Source of the DNA: Perna viridis | Taxonomy: Eukaryota | Assembly (NCBI GenBank): GCA_037379345.1 | Contig: CM074514.1 | Span: forward strand, 7,192,001-7,256,000 | Reading direction: 5' to 3' | DNA: 64,000 nucleotides | Shown here: piece after piece, positions 1 to 12,589 of the stretch | Layout of the letters: every line of letters starts with the position of its first letter | Position numbering within the stretch: position 1 is the first letter of the stretch | The notes under the pieces: generated by a model | Database searches by the model: none | Seen by the model: the letters and a program-made list of their open reading frames with translations, nothing else | What the model was told of the DNA's origin: nothing | Made by a program: the position numbers and the translations under genes

Positions 1-1036
1 GGGTATGATATGTGATGTGCATGAAGAAATATAATCCAAAGTAGATGATCTAAATGAAGGGTTTTACATCTTTTGATGTAAGTTTAGAAAAAAAAGTTTT
101 GCATCATATGTAGTTGTGCATGAAAGAACCCAAGTACTATCAGAGGACACCTAAGTGAAATAATCCATATTAATGGCTTTACATGTTTAAACCTTGCTAG
201 CATAACTCCTCCTAAACTGCTCAAGTGATTTTGATGTTATTTAAAAAAATGTTGGGTATCATGTACATGTAAATATGCATGAAGGAATATCATTACTGTT
301 GGAAGACTCCAAATGGAAATAAATCCAAATTAAAGGTTTTACATTTGGGTCCATTAATTGGATTTGAAGCAGGGGGTATTCTCTTTGTGAGCTTGTACCC
401 AGTATTTCTACTTTAATTAAACTTTACTATACATCTCAACTTAACTAAACATTTTGTTTCTGTTAAAGATACATGTACATGTTTGAAAATACATAGTAGA
501 GATCCTTACTCAGGCTGAATTGGTTTATACCTGTGTATGCAACCAACATACCCTGGGTAGATGTAACTTTATTTTCAATAATTTTACCCTGGGTATCATG
601 TTTTGTCTTATGCATACCCTTGTTTTAATGAAATATGTAATCTTACGACAGAAAATACCTCTCAGTCCTTGCAAAACCTCATAATTATGATTGGAACTTC
701 TCTATACAATTCAACCATTCCAAAAATTCTGTGTAGATGTTTGAACCACTGATATTGTTGATATCAGCAATATTACAAAATCATTGAACAGAAAGGAGAA
801 CAATGGGGCCTTAAAACATTTTTGGGGTCCATTGAGAAATTTCACTTTTATTTCTAGATAGGAAACAGTTTCAGATCAGATAGTCTTAGTTGGTCTTTCA
901 GTTGTTGCCTTTTTTTATATATAAAATGAATATTTTTCAAGAGTTATTGATTTGGTTAATTTAAGAGGGATATGAATGTATAGTTTTCTCAAAAAGTTTC
1001 CTTACGCATTGTAGCCTTCCACTTTCTGTTTTTCAG

Positions 1037-1119
1037 TGTAATGATGTCCAAGGGAATGGAGATTATGCAGCCAATGATACAATATTATATTCTGGACCAG
1101 GACATTTTGAACAAAATAG
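1037..1119 (+). CDS. Putative internal exon of an unknown gene (shared exon upstream of the alternative terminal-exon array)
   Basis: ctgtttttcag acceptor, open frame CNDVQGNGDYAANDTILYSGPGHFEQN(R), ends AG|gtttgt; 83 nt, leaving phase 2. Confidence 0.5.
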
Positions 1120-2169
1120 GTTTGTTGAATTCTTAAGGAGAAACTTTGTGTTTATTTATCTACCATAGACCAAAGAGTAACAACCACAGGATTCAAGTTG
1201 CAATTTGTCCTGTTGTCATAAACAACTGAAACTTTATATGAAAAAAGTAATTTTTTTGCATAAAATTCTTAAAATTCGTGTTAAGATCCTAAAATTTTTT
1301 TTTTAGTTCCTAACCCTACAACTGAACACAAAAATTAAATGGAAGAAAGTTATATAAATGTGACCAATAGTACCATTAAAAAGTGTTCCTCATGATTAAG
1401 GTAAAGTTTCTGTATACACCAAAGAGAGGAAATATTAAGAATTCAGTAATATTATTAAAATGTACATGTATGTATTGGAACATTTTAATATACAATTGAT
1501 GATAGTTTTGTGCAATTTGTTTTACCTGCTAATTTAAATGCATACTAAGTTTTGTTATGTTTTTTTGCATGACCTCACTGTTTGCTAGTATTTGGTATTG
1601 TATCACATAAAATTTTTTAAACAATTCTAAATCAAAACCCAACAACTTTCCTAAGTACATGTATTTCATTGCAAAATTTATTGTTCAGCCTATTTTCTTC
1701 TTAGAACAGTATTTTAGAGCATTGAATAAGATGGTAATGTGGTTGTTTAATTTGGAGAGTGCACCTTCTTTGATATTATTTAGAATGGCAGTGGGCCGTT
1801 CTTTAATATTCTGTGTGTAAAAAATACAAAAAAAATTATTTCGATGGAACATTTTCAGCTGGAATGTTGTAAATGACTCATGGGCCCCTCAAGTGATATT
1901 ATTGAGATTTTTTAATGGAGAAAATTCATTGATATCATAATATTTTGATTTAGAATGGGATTGGAATCATCTATATATTGTATTATTTGGGTTATAAATT
2001 TGGAATTAACAGCAATGTGGTTTGAACATTTCTTTTCAACCTACATGTATTATATATCAAATAGCACTGTTAGAAATACAAATTATTAACTTAAAAAAAA
2101 CTAATTTTTAATTTAAGAGTACAAGAAGTGTTAAGTGAAATTTAGGGATAAAGAATAGTAGTTCCAATA

Positions 2170-2330
2170 GAATTGGTCAGGTATTTTTTAGGGGATGTTG
2201 CCTGAATAGGTCAGGTATTTATTAGGGGATGTTGTCTGAATAGGTCAGGTATTTTTTAGGGGATGTTGCCTGAATTAATCAGGTATTTATTAGGGGATGT
2301 TGCCTGAATTAATCAGGTAATTATTGCCTG
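2170..2330. repeat. Tandem repeat, ~32-bp unit (gaataggtcaggtatttattaggggatgttgcct), ~4-5 copies
   Basis: Directly visible repetition. Confidence 0.9.
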
Positions 2331-2550
2331 ATAAAATCTTCTTTTTATCTCTCTTATGCTATGGTGAATTGCATCTTAGTAATTGTGTGGAGTATAACAT
2401 TAACATGATAGTTTTCTAAGAAGATAGGTGTAAAATTAAAAGATAAATTTAAATTTGCTAGTTACTGCCAGTATATTTATAAATAAGTTTATATATAATA
2501 TATCATTATGACCATTGTTTACGATACTTGTTTTGTTATCATTTTTTTAG

Positions 2551-2728
2551 AAAAGATTCAATGGTGAAAGAACCATTCAGTAATCAAGAGGGTGTGGTTT
2601 TCAAGGAGGTGGTTCATGACCCCAATTATTATTATCGAGTCATGGCAGATCAGGGAAAAGCTCCACTGCATGTTAACCCAATATATCGTGTAATGTATCC
2701 AGGAGCTGTTCTGACCAATGTACGTTAA
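2551..2728 (+). CDS. Putative alternative terminal exon A (58 aa after the split codon; ...NPIYRVMYPG...)
   Basis: atttttttag acceptor, phase 2, open to TAA. Confidence 0.55.
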
Positions 2729-4438
2729 GCCATTGCATGCATTAAAAATTTCATTTATTTACAACTTTTCAAAATTATCCATAGACTAACCTTGCTGAGG
2801 AGAGAAAATGGAATCATTCATACTCAGTATGTGGACTGCAGTATTTAACACCCAAGTGGTTGCCCAAGGATTTGTTGATAATTGATCTTCAGCTTTTGGG
2901 TGACTGGATGTAAACCATTTTATTTACATGATGTGCATGGTGTGTCTATGGTTAAATTTGCTTCATTGTATGGTTTCACGGTCACTTATTTATAAAGGGC
3001 AACAGGACATTTTTCATTGTATATTTATAGCTTCACTTGCACTTTAATTAGTCAGTGTTGTTTGTTTTTGCTCAGCTAAGTCATAGTAAATTTTCACAGC
3101 TTTTAAGCATGACTATTTGCCAACTGCTAATTACCAACTTGATCTTTGAATTCAAAAATAATGTTTTCTCAAATTAAGGAAATCATGGTGTTTTTTTTTC
3201 TTTTCTAATATTCTTTGTGCATTATCCAGTATATATTTGAAATGAATTGAATTATGCTTGATATGTGCGTACAAAGGCAGTTGTTATGATATTTTTCCAC
3301 AGTTTCATAATATCCTGAAAATGTTTACTAAAAATGTTTTGAATATAATTTGATAAGCATATGGTTATTGAATCAGCTGCATCGTTAGTGTAATTAATTT
3401 TCAAATTGATTTCAACTCTCAGATTCTTACAGTTTTTCAGTCATTACCAAACTAAAACTAATGACATTAGATAAAAACTTTTATCAGCTCACTCAGATTT
3501 TGTTCCCTATAATTTCTCTTTATTTGAGACAGCATGAGTTTAAGCTGGTTTTATTGTTTTGGACTAATTTGAGATTTTTGAGTGAACAAATGAAACAAAA
3601 CTTTCTGGTTCAGCAGAAATATAGAATAATATATCACTGAAAAAAAAACAGCCTTGAATAGTTTTGTTTTATATTGTGTTTGTTTTCAATGTAAGTTATG
3701 CTACTTGATAAAGTAATTTATACCCCAGAACCTGGTATGAAATAGAGTAAGTAACCAGGCTACAAAAATTAATCTGTTTCCTAATTTTTCACATTTGATG
3801 TACAGTTTATTGGAATAAATTATGGGAAGATATAATTTAAGTTTACAGTTCTTGAGTAAGGTTTTTGAAACATTATATTATTTTATTACTATAAATAAAA
3901 AAACTATAACCATATAATGTGCTAGAATTTCTTTACAACAAACAGTGGCATAGCCAGGTCCAAATCAATGTGGAAGCCTTTCATGGCAAGTAAAAGTGTG
4001 GGAGCAATTTATATTAGTTTGTTTCTATTACAAACATGTTGATGTCTTGCTTCTTGAAATACATTCTAGCTACATGTACTCCAATGACAAAAAATCCAAA
4101 TAAAATGATGTTTTGTAGGAAACTACATAATTCACATTTAATATGAACAATTTAACAAAAAAAGTGATATTTATAGGGTTTTAAGGTGTTTTTTTTGCAC
4201 TGTATATAGAAACCTCGCACTACTAAGCTATCTCTGCTGTATTATCTACAATAAATAGCTCTTTATAATTTCCTGAAGTTTTAACAACTGCTACAGAATC
4301 TAGTTCACTGTTAATGCTACTAATCACTTAAGTTTCCTAAAAATTAATGCACACTGCATTTTTGCTGCCTGCAAACTTTGTTTAGTTCAGCTCTGAGCAC
4401 TGATGTGGCTACCATTATTTACGATTCTGCAATTTCAG

Positions 4439-4664
4439 GGCAGGCATTAAAAGATTCCGACTGCATGAAGATGGTTTTAACATTCGATACCGTAACCGTG
4501 CCCATTATGAACCTCATTGCGACAAACTTTATTCAGTTATGTACCCTCTTAAAGAAAATTCTGATTACACTGTTGATGAAAACAGGAATAGTCGTAGGAT
4601 TAATTTAATGTCAGATAAATATGACATTATGAAAACTGTCAACGGGGATGTTTTTAAACGATAG
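4439..4664 (+). CDS. Putative alternative terminal exon B (74 aa; AGIKRFRLHEDG...DKLYSVMYPLK...DVFKR*)
   Basis: aatttcag acceptor, phase 2, 75 codons to TAG; absent from the ORF track because no early start codon lies in this frame. Confidence 0.55.
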
Positions 4665-4796
4665 TAGCAGTTCCAGTGGACTATATTCTGTGTTAATGTA
4701 TGTCTTGAAGTTTTTGGTGGCTTTTGGTTATAATTAACAGAATAGCTTAAAATAGTTGAACCTGACTAACTTATCCTTCAACCTAAATCTTTTCAG

Positions 4797-4944
4797 AGAA
4801 GATAAAAAAAGTTTTGATATGGGCCTGAAGACTAAACCAGAAAGAAAACCAGTACTGAAAACTCCTAAGCCTTTACCAGACTCAATAAGGAATATAGATA
4901 GAGACTCAGTTTATAAAATTTTACATCCTTATGAATTTAAATAA
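4797..4944 (+). CDS. Putative alternative terminal exon C (48 aa; ...DSVYKILHPYEFK*)
   Basis: ctgactaac branch-point-like motif, tcttttcag acceptor, phase 2, open to TAA. Confidence 0.55.
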
Positions 4945-5578
4945 TAACTTTTTTATGAATGTAGCTCATTACACAACATGTCTTGTATATTGTCTTTACT
5001 TTAAGTCTTTGTCTTACTTTGGTGATCATTTTTTATTCAAAACAATAACCTACTGGAGGAAATATTTTTCAAGCATGGAAATATTTGGTGCTATGCATAA
5101 TTTATAATTACTCTGTAGAATGATATACATGTAGCTAGACAGAGTAGTTAAATATTAGGAAGCTTGACTGTTTGCCAACTTTGCTCAGTATTATTTCTAA
5201 CAGGTTTAAAAATATGTGATATTTTTAAATATTCTTTGATAGGAGTCAACTACAATGGCGTATTTTAGCGGAAAAATTTCAAAGTCTTAGTTTGATTAGG
5301 TTATGTTTTCAATTTTTCATTGGTACATTATTTAAGCATTTGTGGGATTTTTTTCTGTTATTTTGTAGTAATTTTTGTGTAGTTATATACTAGTCATATT
5401 TGTCATATTTAACCATATCAGTATTATTCTTAGGAGATTATGGTTGAATGTCTTTTTTCAGCCAGTGACACTAATACTTTAAACTTGGGTAGCATTAGTA
5501 GAACTTAGTCTAGTATGAATTATTCCCCTTCGTCCAAAGCAATGGTTTAATGGGATATCAACCTTATTTCCCTTGCAG

Positions 5579-5723
5579 ATCTGTAAACGGGGAGATGCAC
5601 AGAATTTATCATAGGAGGGCAAACAACAACCCAGAAGATAAAGTGTCTCCTTTGATTCACCCCAAGGAGCTTCTGCCTAATCGTAAACAACTACCTCCGC
5701 GAAAACCACACCTTAAAGTTTAA
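5579..5723 (+). CDS. Putative alternative terminal exon D (47 aa; SVNGEMHRIYHRR...PLIHPKELL...HLKV*)
   Basis: ttatttcccttgcag acceptor, phase 2, open to TAA. Confidence 0.5.
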
Positions 5724-6096
5724 TGAAGAATGACACTACTTTAACAATATTAATGTAACATAATGTAAATAAGTTTTAATGATATAAATATTAACGACTT
5801 CTGATGTGTTCAGCTATCTAGATGGTTACCCATAGCTGTTTTATTTGATTTCAATATTTGTTTAGTTGCAATGGTTAGAAAATTTACTGTATTAAACCAG
5901 TCTTTATTTCACTTGATTTCTCCATTTCTTCTTAGACCATAACAACATTATTGATAAAATGCAGAATTTTTTTGATATGTGAAAAAAAAACCAAATACAT
6001 AACCAATAAAATACTGCAGATTTTTTAATGTAAATTGCAACTATAGGATTCATAAACTCAATATATCATAAATGACATCAAAATTATGAATTCTAG

Positions 6097-6298
6097 GACT
6101 AACTACCATTGGTTAGGAATATCAAGGGAGCGAAAACAATATGATCACAGTCGTAATGGCCCAATAATGGCTGGTACGTGGTGTGACCTCAAGCGGGAGC
6201 TTAATGGTATAGGACAGTGTCTCCCATTGGCTGGAAAAGGACAATCAATCACCATGAGAGAATTACAACAAACTCGTTTCATAACACCTAGGTCATGA
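6097..6298 (+). CDS. Putative alternative terminal exon E (66 aa; TNYHWLGISRERK...ITPRS*)
   Basis: ttctag acceptor with a weak pyrimidine tract, phase 2, open to TGA. Confidence 0.4.
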
Positions 6299-7234
6299 TT
6301 TGGCAAGTTCTAGTATTTTGGGTTCAAAGGTCGTGTTTCATTCATGTAGCATGTATTTGTCTTCAGTTCTTGATCATTTGGTGCAAACATTCTCAATCAG
6401 TTTTGTTTTTGAAAAATTGAAAATTGTTAGTTTTGGTTCATCTTGATAATGGAAAAACAAATTTTTGATATGAATTTTTGGATAACAGTATGTAGCCAAG
6501 AAATATAAAACTTCACCATGACCTAGTTGACACGTTTCTATTGAATTCATTTTTTCTTCGTTAGATCATTATTGCAAAATATTTTTGTAATGCACAAGAA
6601 TTAGATATATATTTTTATCAGTATTGGTGGTTTTTGCTGCAATATTTGTCTGTTACACATGTATTGTTTTTGAAGTTCCACAATGTTTGTCTGTTTTTTT
6701 ATGATAGAAGTAGTATTTATTAAATCAGTATTACTGTGATACATATGCATATATATAGGCATATTATGATATGCATTTTTTTACTATTTTCCTTTGCCAG
6801 TTTGTTCACTTGTAATCATTAGATGGTTCAAGATGATCATGATATATTTTAAGCCAGTTCACCTTAGCCAATCATAGAAAAGTTTAAATTAGAAGTCAAA
6901 TAATATTCAAAAGATTCATTGAATTATCTTTTATCTTTAAGGCTGGTAATTTTGTCAATTTTTTTTCCAGTTTTATTTGCAAGAAATATGTAACATTTTA
7001 TGAAGATTTTTAGTTTTATTTGCCAAAGAAAAATAAAGAAACATGCAAATGCAAACTTTTTCTAACAAGTAAATCAAGGCTCATCTCCTGAGTGATATAT
7101 AGTGTGTTTTTGTTATTGTTATCATTTTTCTTTATACATTTGTTATCTTTTGCTCAATGTTTACTTACACCAAGAAGCATATTGTGATAATTGCTTATTA
7201 AACACCTTCCTGCAAGTCTTAATTTGATTTGATG

Positions 7235-7650
7235 TTAATCTGGTCCAACCAGTGTTGCCCACCAACTTACTCCAATGAGGTTCTAACCTGGTCCAACCAA
7301 TGTTACCCACTAATTAACCTCAATGGGCTCTAACCTGGTGCAACCAATATTACCCACCAACTTACCCAGTTGGGTTATAACCTGGTCCAACCAATGTCTC
7401 CCACCCATTAACCTGAATGGGCTCTAACCTGGTGCAACCAATGTAACCCACCATCTTACTCCAGTTGGGTTCTAACCTGGTCCAACAAATGTTATCCACT
7501 TACCTCAGTGAGGTTCTAACCTGGTCCAACCAATGTTACTCACCAACATACCCAATGGGGTTCTAATCTGGTCTAACCAATTTTACCCACCCAATTACCT
7601 CAATGGGGTTATAATATGGTCCAATCAATGTCAACACACAACTTAATCCA
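7235..7650. repeat. Tandem repeat, ~41-bp unit (ctaacctggtccaaccaatgttacccaccaacttacccaatgggtt), ~10 diverged copies; 2 more copies at ~7944-8040
   Basis: Directly visible; resembles the subterminal repeat arrays of large DNA transposons. Confidence 0.9.
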
Positions 7651-9269
7651 TGTCCGACAACTTATTACAGTTGTTCTAAGGTACAGACCATTTTCTACCG
7701 GAGGAGACCTGGGATTTTATTTTGAGTTAAGTTATTTTTTTCCTGCAAGAGCAAAAATAATAGTTTTTTTTAGCTGATGCTGGGGTTAAAAAAGCAAGTT
7801 CAAAAACTACACTGTTAAGTAAAGGGGTAATATTGAATCGATTTTGTTGTCCATGGCTGAGTTAAAAAAATGCTTAAATTTGAATATTATTTATTTTTTC
7901 AAAATAATCCCAGTCCCCTCCTTCAGTATCAAATTAGTTCGTGCCTAACCTTGTCCAATCAATGTCGCCAAACAACTTACCTCAGTCCGATTCTATTCCG
8001 GTCCAACCAATGTCACTCACCCACTTACCCCAGTGGAGTTCCAGGAGATGAAACTATCATTTGTTGGAAGATTAGGCAAAAATGAGCAAATGATAAGTCT
8101 GGAATTTTTAAAATAAATTCTGAACCTGCCCATGTACACCTCTTTGTATCAGCTTTGCATCGTTGCTAGAACAAAATAACTTGAACCTCCTCACCATTCA
8201 GCCTCGGTTATCTTACGTCAACTATTTTTCGACCAAACATCCCTCAATCAGTTTACTCATTATGCCCCCCACCCCATCCCCGCAAACGAAGTTTTGGAAG
8301 TATATAAATTTCACCCTGTCCGTTTATCTGTTCGAACTATTTCCTTAGCATCTTGTAGTATTAGTAGGAAACATCGTTGGATGTAATGTAACCGTATGGA
8401 AATATGTACTGTCATGAATTTCTGTTTGAAAAAAAATGTAGAAATGCCTGTTTGAACTTCAGCAAAACTTAGTCTCTTGTGTTGTCTGAAGCTCCTGCTC
8501 ATCCTCTTGTAGGATTGTTATGAAATTAAATGGTGTGTTAAATTTACCATATTGGGATGTGCATATTGCCAGGAATGAATGTTTAAAGTAAATTTGCAGT
8601 TGCAATACCAAAGAAAAAACAAAAACAAAAAAATAAACAGTAGTGATTGTAGTTTGGAGTTGGAAGTTTTAGAAATGGCAGCGAGATAGTGCGTCATAAG
8701 TGCAAAGTATATTCCCAATACAAATTGCATCCAATATGAATCACATGTCCACATTTTTCTTCAAATGTAAAGGGTTCAACAAGCTGCAACATAGTCCCGT
8801 TTAGGGTAATGTTTAGGTTTTTCTCAAACTTTCTATTATGCTAAGCCAACTCTTACTCCCCAGTAGACTATAAATCAGTTCGATCAATAATAAGGAGACT
8901 AAACACAGAGCTGAGTGACTCGATTGATTCAAAATGGACTACAAGGTATCCAGATTTCCAGATCATTCGGGGTCCCGTTGACAGATTTTATTGTAGCCAA
9001 TAGTGTCATCTGAATTGATAGTACATTCCCTATTACTGGAAGGAAATATTCCACAAAGAAATCTGCTTATTTTATGAATTTAATGGACTGAAATACCACA
9101 CGACTGAATTGGATGTCCACTTGAAGGTATTTAAAAACGCTTCGATTAAAGCCTGTCGTAGAAGTTTTTTCGGAAAAAAAACACACTCTAGAAGCCCTGT
9201 TTGTCGCAGGAGCCCCCGCGTCATTTGTTAGTAGCAAATCAAATGTGTAAGACACTAATGATGCCCCCG

Positions 9270-10026
9270 CTTGCTAGATTTGCCAAATTAAGAACATGTT
9301 TATTTTTGTATGAAGACATGGTTTGCAGATTCAGAAAGGTTATGTACTGTTGGTTGATGCAGTAAGATATTTGGTATGTCAAGTTAAGCACTGCAAAAAT
9401 ACTTGCAGTGAGAAAAAGAGGACTGATGGACCGACTGACGGACACATAAAAACGTTAATACCCCAAATAAAAAATCCCTAACATTGTTGGATTGGGATAT
9501 ATTTCTGACAAAAATTACAAAGTCCAACTATCACCCAGTTCCGTAATATGCCACAAAAATCATGATCCTATGACCTTGCACACCATCATTATGTGTAGAA
9601 ACATCCTGCAAAAATATTTTAGACGTAGTTAAACTACAGTAGGAGATAGCGGACAAGTCATATAGCCATATTTCTGATGAAAACGACTAAGTAAAACTAT
9701 CACCAATTTCCGTAATATTTCATGAAAATCAAAATCCTTTGGCCCTGCACACCTTCATCATGTGTAGAAAATCCCGTAAAATATTTAGATGCAGTTCAAA
9801 AACTGTACCAAGAGATAGCCGGACAAGCTACGATCCATATATTTCTGAGTAAAATGGCTAAGCGTAACTATCACTAATTCCGTAATACCTGTAAAATATT
9901 TTAGATTTAGTTCAAAAATTATACGAGGCGATAGCCAGACAAGCCATATTCATGTGGAATCCGGACGGACAGACAGACACGAGTAAATTAATATGCCCCC
10001 GACTGTTTGTCGCGGTGGCATAAAAA
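9270..10026 (+). repeat. Non-autonomous interspersed repeat with three internal ~160-bp units and a ggacggacagac...atgccccc...ggcataaaaa end
   Basis: Repeated aactatcacc...ttccgtaata...aaatattt(t)aga...gatagc blocks; terminal GACA/GACG microsatellite and GC hairpin typical of bivalve Helentron/HINE-like elements. Confidence 0.55.
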
Positions 10027-11090
10027 ACGGGGTTCAAGGTCAACATCAAAGGCTCAAAATAGAGTAACAATTTCTCAATTTATTCGAACCTGACAAAATG
10101 TGAACATAGTTTTACCTAGGCATTTCTGCGAAGACTAAAACAGTCAAGTGCTATATTTATTTTTTTAATTGTCAAAATATACCGACGCTTGAAAAACCCA
10201 AGAAATTCGGAAATTTGAAGAAAACAAATGCAGTAACTATCGACAGTTTGTGTTTAAGTTTTGTATTTTTCATTTGAAATACAATCAATGGTATAAGATA
10301 TTTGGTGGAAAGTTCAAATGGAATGCTAAAAAAACAGCATCAAGTGTAACCACAAAATCCCACCTTCAGATTACATGTTAAAACAGAAACCAATACGGTC
10401 CGTTTATGTTTTCTAGTTTTACTCTAATTTAAAAAAAAATCTGATCTGCTATCAAAGCCTTTCACATAAAACATAATGTGATATACTTCTGCTCAGATGA
10501 ATTTAAAAAAGAATTAAATGTAGTGGTGATGATTTACATTCAATTATTTTTGTGTGATAAAACATACAAACGTACCATAAAATTCTTACAAAAACACATT
10601 CAATTCTCTCCATGGAACACCTTAAAATACACGTCATAAACAAAATGAGATATCCACTTAAAGAACGCTCGCATTTACTGACTGAAAGCTAGCTCAGAAC
10701 TTATAAAGGAATGAAAATACCATCAATATTACCAGCATTAGAAATAATCGGTCACTGGAATTCCGGTGGACTGGATTTGGAGTAGTAAAGGGAGTCCATT
10801 GCGTTTTGAGGAGGGACTTATAAATTTTGTGGGGTCAAAATATTTATTGTCAGCTTTACTTTTCCATGTTTTTCAATTGGTAGAATATAATTTGAGAATG
10901 TATTTATAGATCAGTTGAAAGGTTTCGTGAGGTTTCATAACAATCTCTTGTGCAGAGGGTATATTAGTATTCCTACTTGCGAATAAGTCAAGAGAAGATA
11001 GGTTTCTTGATTAAAATCATATCGACGTCCGCTCTGTGAAGTAGAAAAGAAACAGAAAAAATAGTGTCATGAAGGGTTTTCAAGACTTAA

Positions 11091-11592
11091 ATGTTTTGTT
11101 TGTTTGTTTGTTGGGGTTTAACGCCCGAGCAGCAATATTTCAGCTATATTCAGGCGATGAAAATGAAGTGGATGATAAAATGAACATGAAATGATGAAAT
11201 GAAAAATGGGATGGGACACAAGGATAATGGGGTCATGAAATTTTGATTGTCACTGGAAATTGGGAGAGGTGGGTAGGGTCGGGCAATTTAGCCTCCTGTG
11301 GCGGGGAGAATACCACAGTAGGGTTCTTTGACATGCGAGGAACGTGGCATCTTTCCCAACACGGTGCACCACTATGGTTTGCGGTCAGGTTTTCCGTATT
11401 ATAGCCTGACAACCCCAGCATGTAACACGCCAGGGGTACCCCATTCCACCACCTGGGGCACACAACCCAGTTGCTCTGTGGGCAGAGCGCCCTAGCCCCC
11501 GGCTAGGGTTCTGAGCACTATTTAGTCGCCTTTTACGACAAGCTTAGTGCTGCTGCAGGCCTATTCTTTTGACACCCGGACCTACATGGGTC
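11091..11592 (-). mobile_element. SINE-like non-autonomous non-LTR element, copy 1
   Basis: Near-identical to 43960-44474; (CAAA)n tail; TSD tcaagacttaa at 11080-11090 and 11593-11603. Confidence 0.9.
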
Positions 11593-12166
11593 TCAAGACT
11601 TAATGTAGTAAATGCGTATAGAAATCAGTACCGGAATTCTATATTCTGAAAAGAAGCTGGTTTCATGAAGCAAGGTTCTACCTAGGCCCATATAACCGTA
11701 AAACTTCAGACTATATTTGACGACGAAAAAAAGTATGAGCATGTGTGCTATAAAAACAACCTAAAATGCATTTTTCTCTTGCCTTAGGTTAATGCTTTCC
11801 AAAATTTAGTTTAAAAAATCATAAAATTGGTGCATTTACATACTTTGAACGGCTGCAGCAATTCTGACCAATCGTCAAATTTTACTTGGGATAAGGGAAG
11901 ACAGCAATTAGAAATTTTGAGTGCTTTCGGATACACAGAAAGACCCGACTTTGTATATATAATGTCAGGATTGAAGTACACACGTTTTTGCTGGTATACT
12001 TTAAGATTATGTTTTGACTCCACTTTTCCAAATGTAACGGGTTCAACTATATTTCCTTGTTTATGTTCATAAAGAAAATTCAAACATCACTTAATTCAAA
12101 TTTATCCTTTATTAGTACATAAATTGATATCAGTTAAATTCAGAATGCACAATTTTCCAGGTTTAT

Positions 12167-12589
12167 TTAGAGCGAAGAATCATTACTTTGATTGTTTCCC
12201 TCACGTAATATAGACCTTCTTTTCAATTTCCGAACATGCTTGACTATCTTGTAAATGAATGTAAAAATACACACAGAAATCACAGAAAACATCCCGAAGA
12301 TCAGCGAAAATGTAGCTATTTTCATGGCTTTAACATCGGAAAAAGAAACGTATATCAGTGTTAAACTCAGAGAAACATTTTGTGTGGCTATCTCTATTGC
12401 AATTGTCCGGGAATGGACATGTGACATGCAAGCTAGCTGGGTTCCTCCATAACTGACGACCAAACCAATGCCCGGCAACATGACGGCTAAGACTACCATC
12501 CTCCAGTCCGATTTCATCATGTCGGGATATAAGTATAGGTTTAAACTTACAATGATGAGAATAACCAGAAATCCCAGCAGTCCTCCAAG
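12167..12589 (-). CDS. SLC10-family sodium/bile acid symporter, coding exon 3
   Basis: tttacag|CTT acceptor; RTIAIEIATQN motif (SLC10 RTxxxExGxQN); TM helices; stop codon. Confidence 0.92.
   Translation of the reverse strand, partial: LGGLLGFLVILIIVSLNLYLYPDMMKSDWRMVVLAVMLPGIGLVVSYGGTQLACMSHVHSRTIAIEIATQNVSLSLTLIYVSFSDVKAMKIATFSLIFGMFSVISVCIFTFIYKIVKHVRKLKRRSILREGNNQSNDSSL

Noticed and set aside
2785-2913. Possible sixth terminal exon (ccatag acceptor, 42 codons)
   Set aside because: The long frame is phase 0, incompatible with the shared exon, and it lacks the motif. Left uncalled.
4378-4608. ORF-track 76-aa ORF
   Set aside because: It overlaps exon B in another frame. The exon B frame has the better acceptor and the shared motif.
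7235-7650. CRISPR-like appearance of the 41-bp array
   Set aside because: The units are contiguous diverged repeats without unique spacers, the context is eukaryotic, and there are no cas genes.
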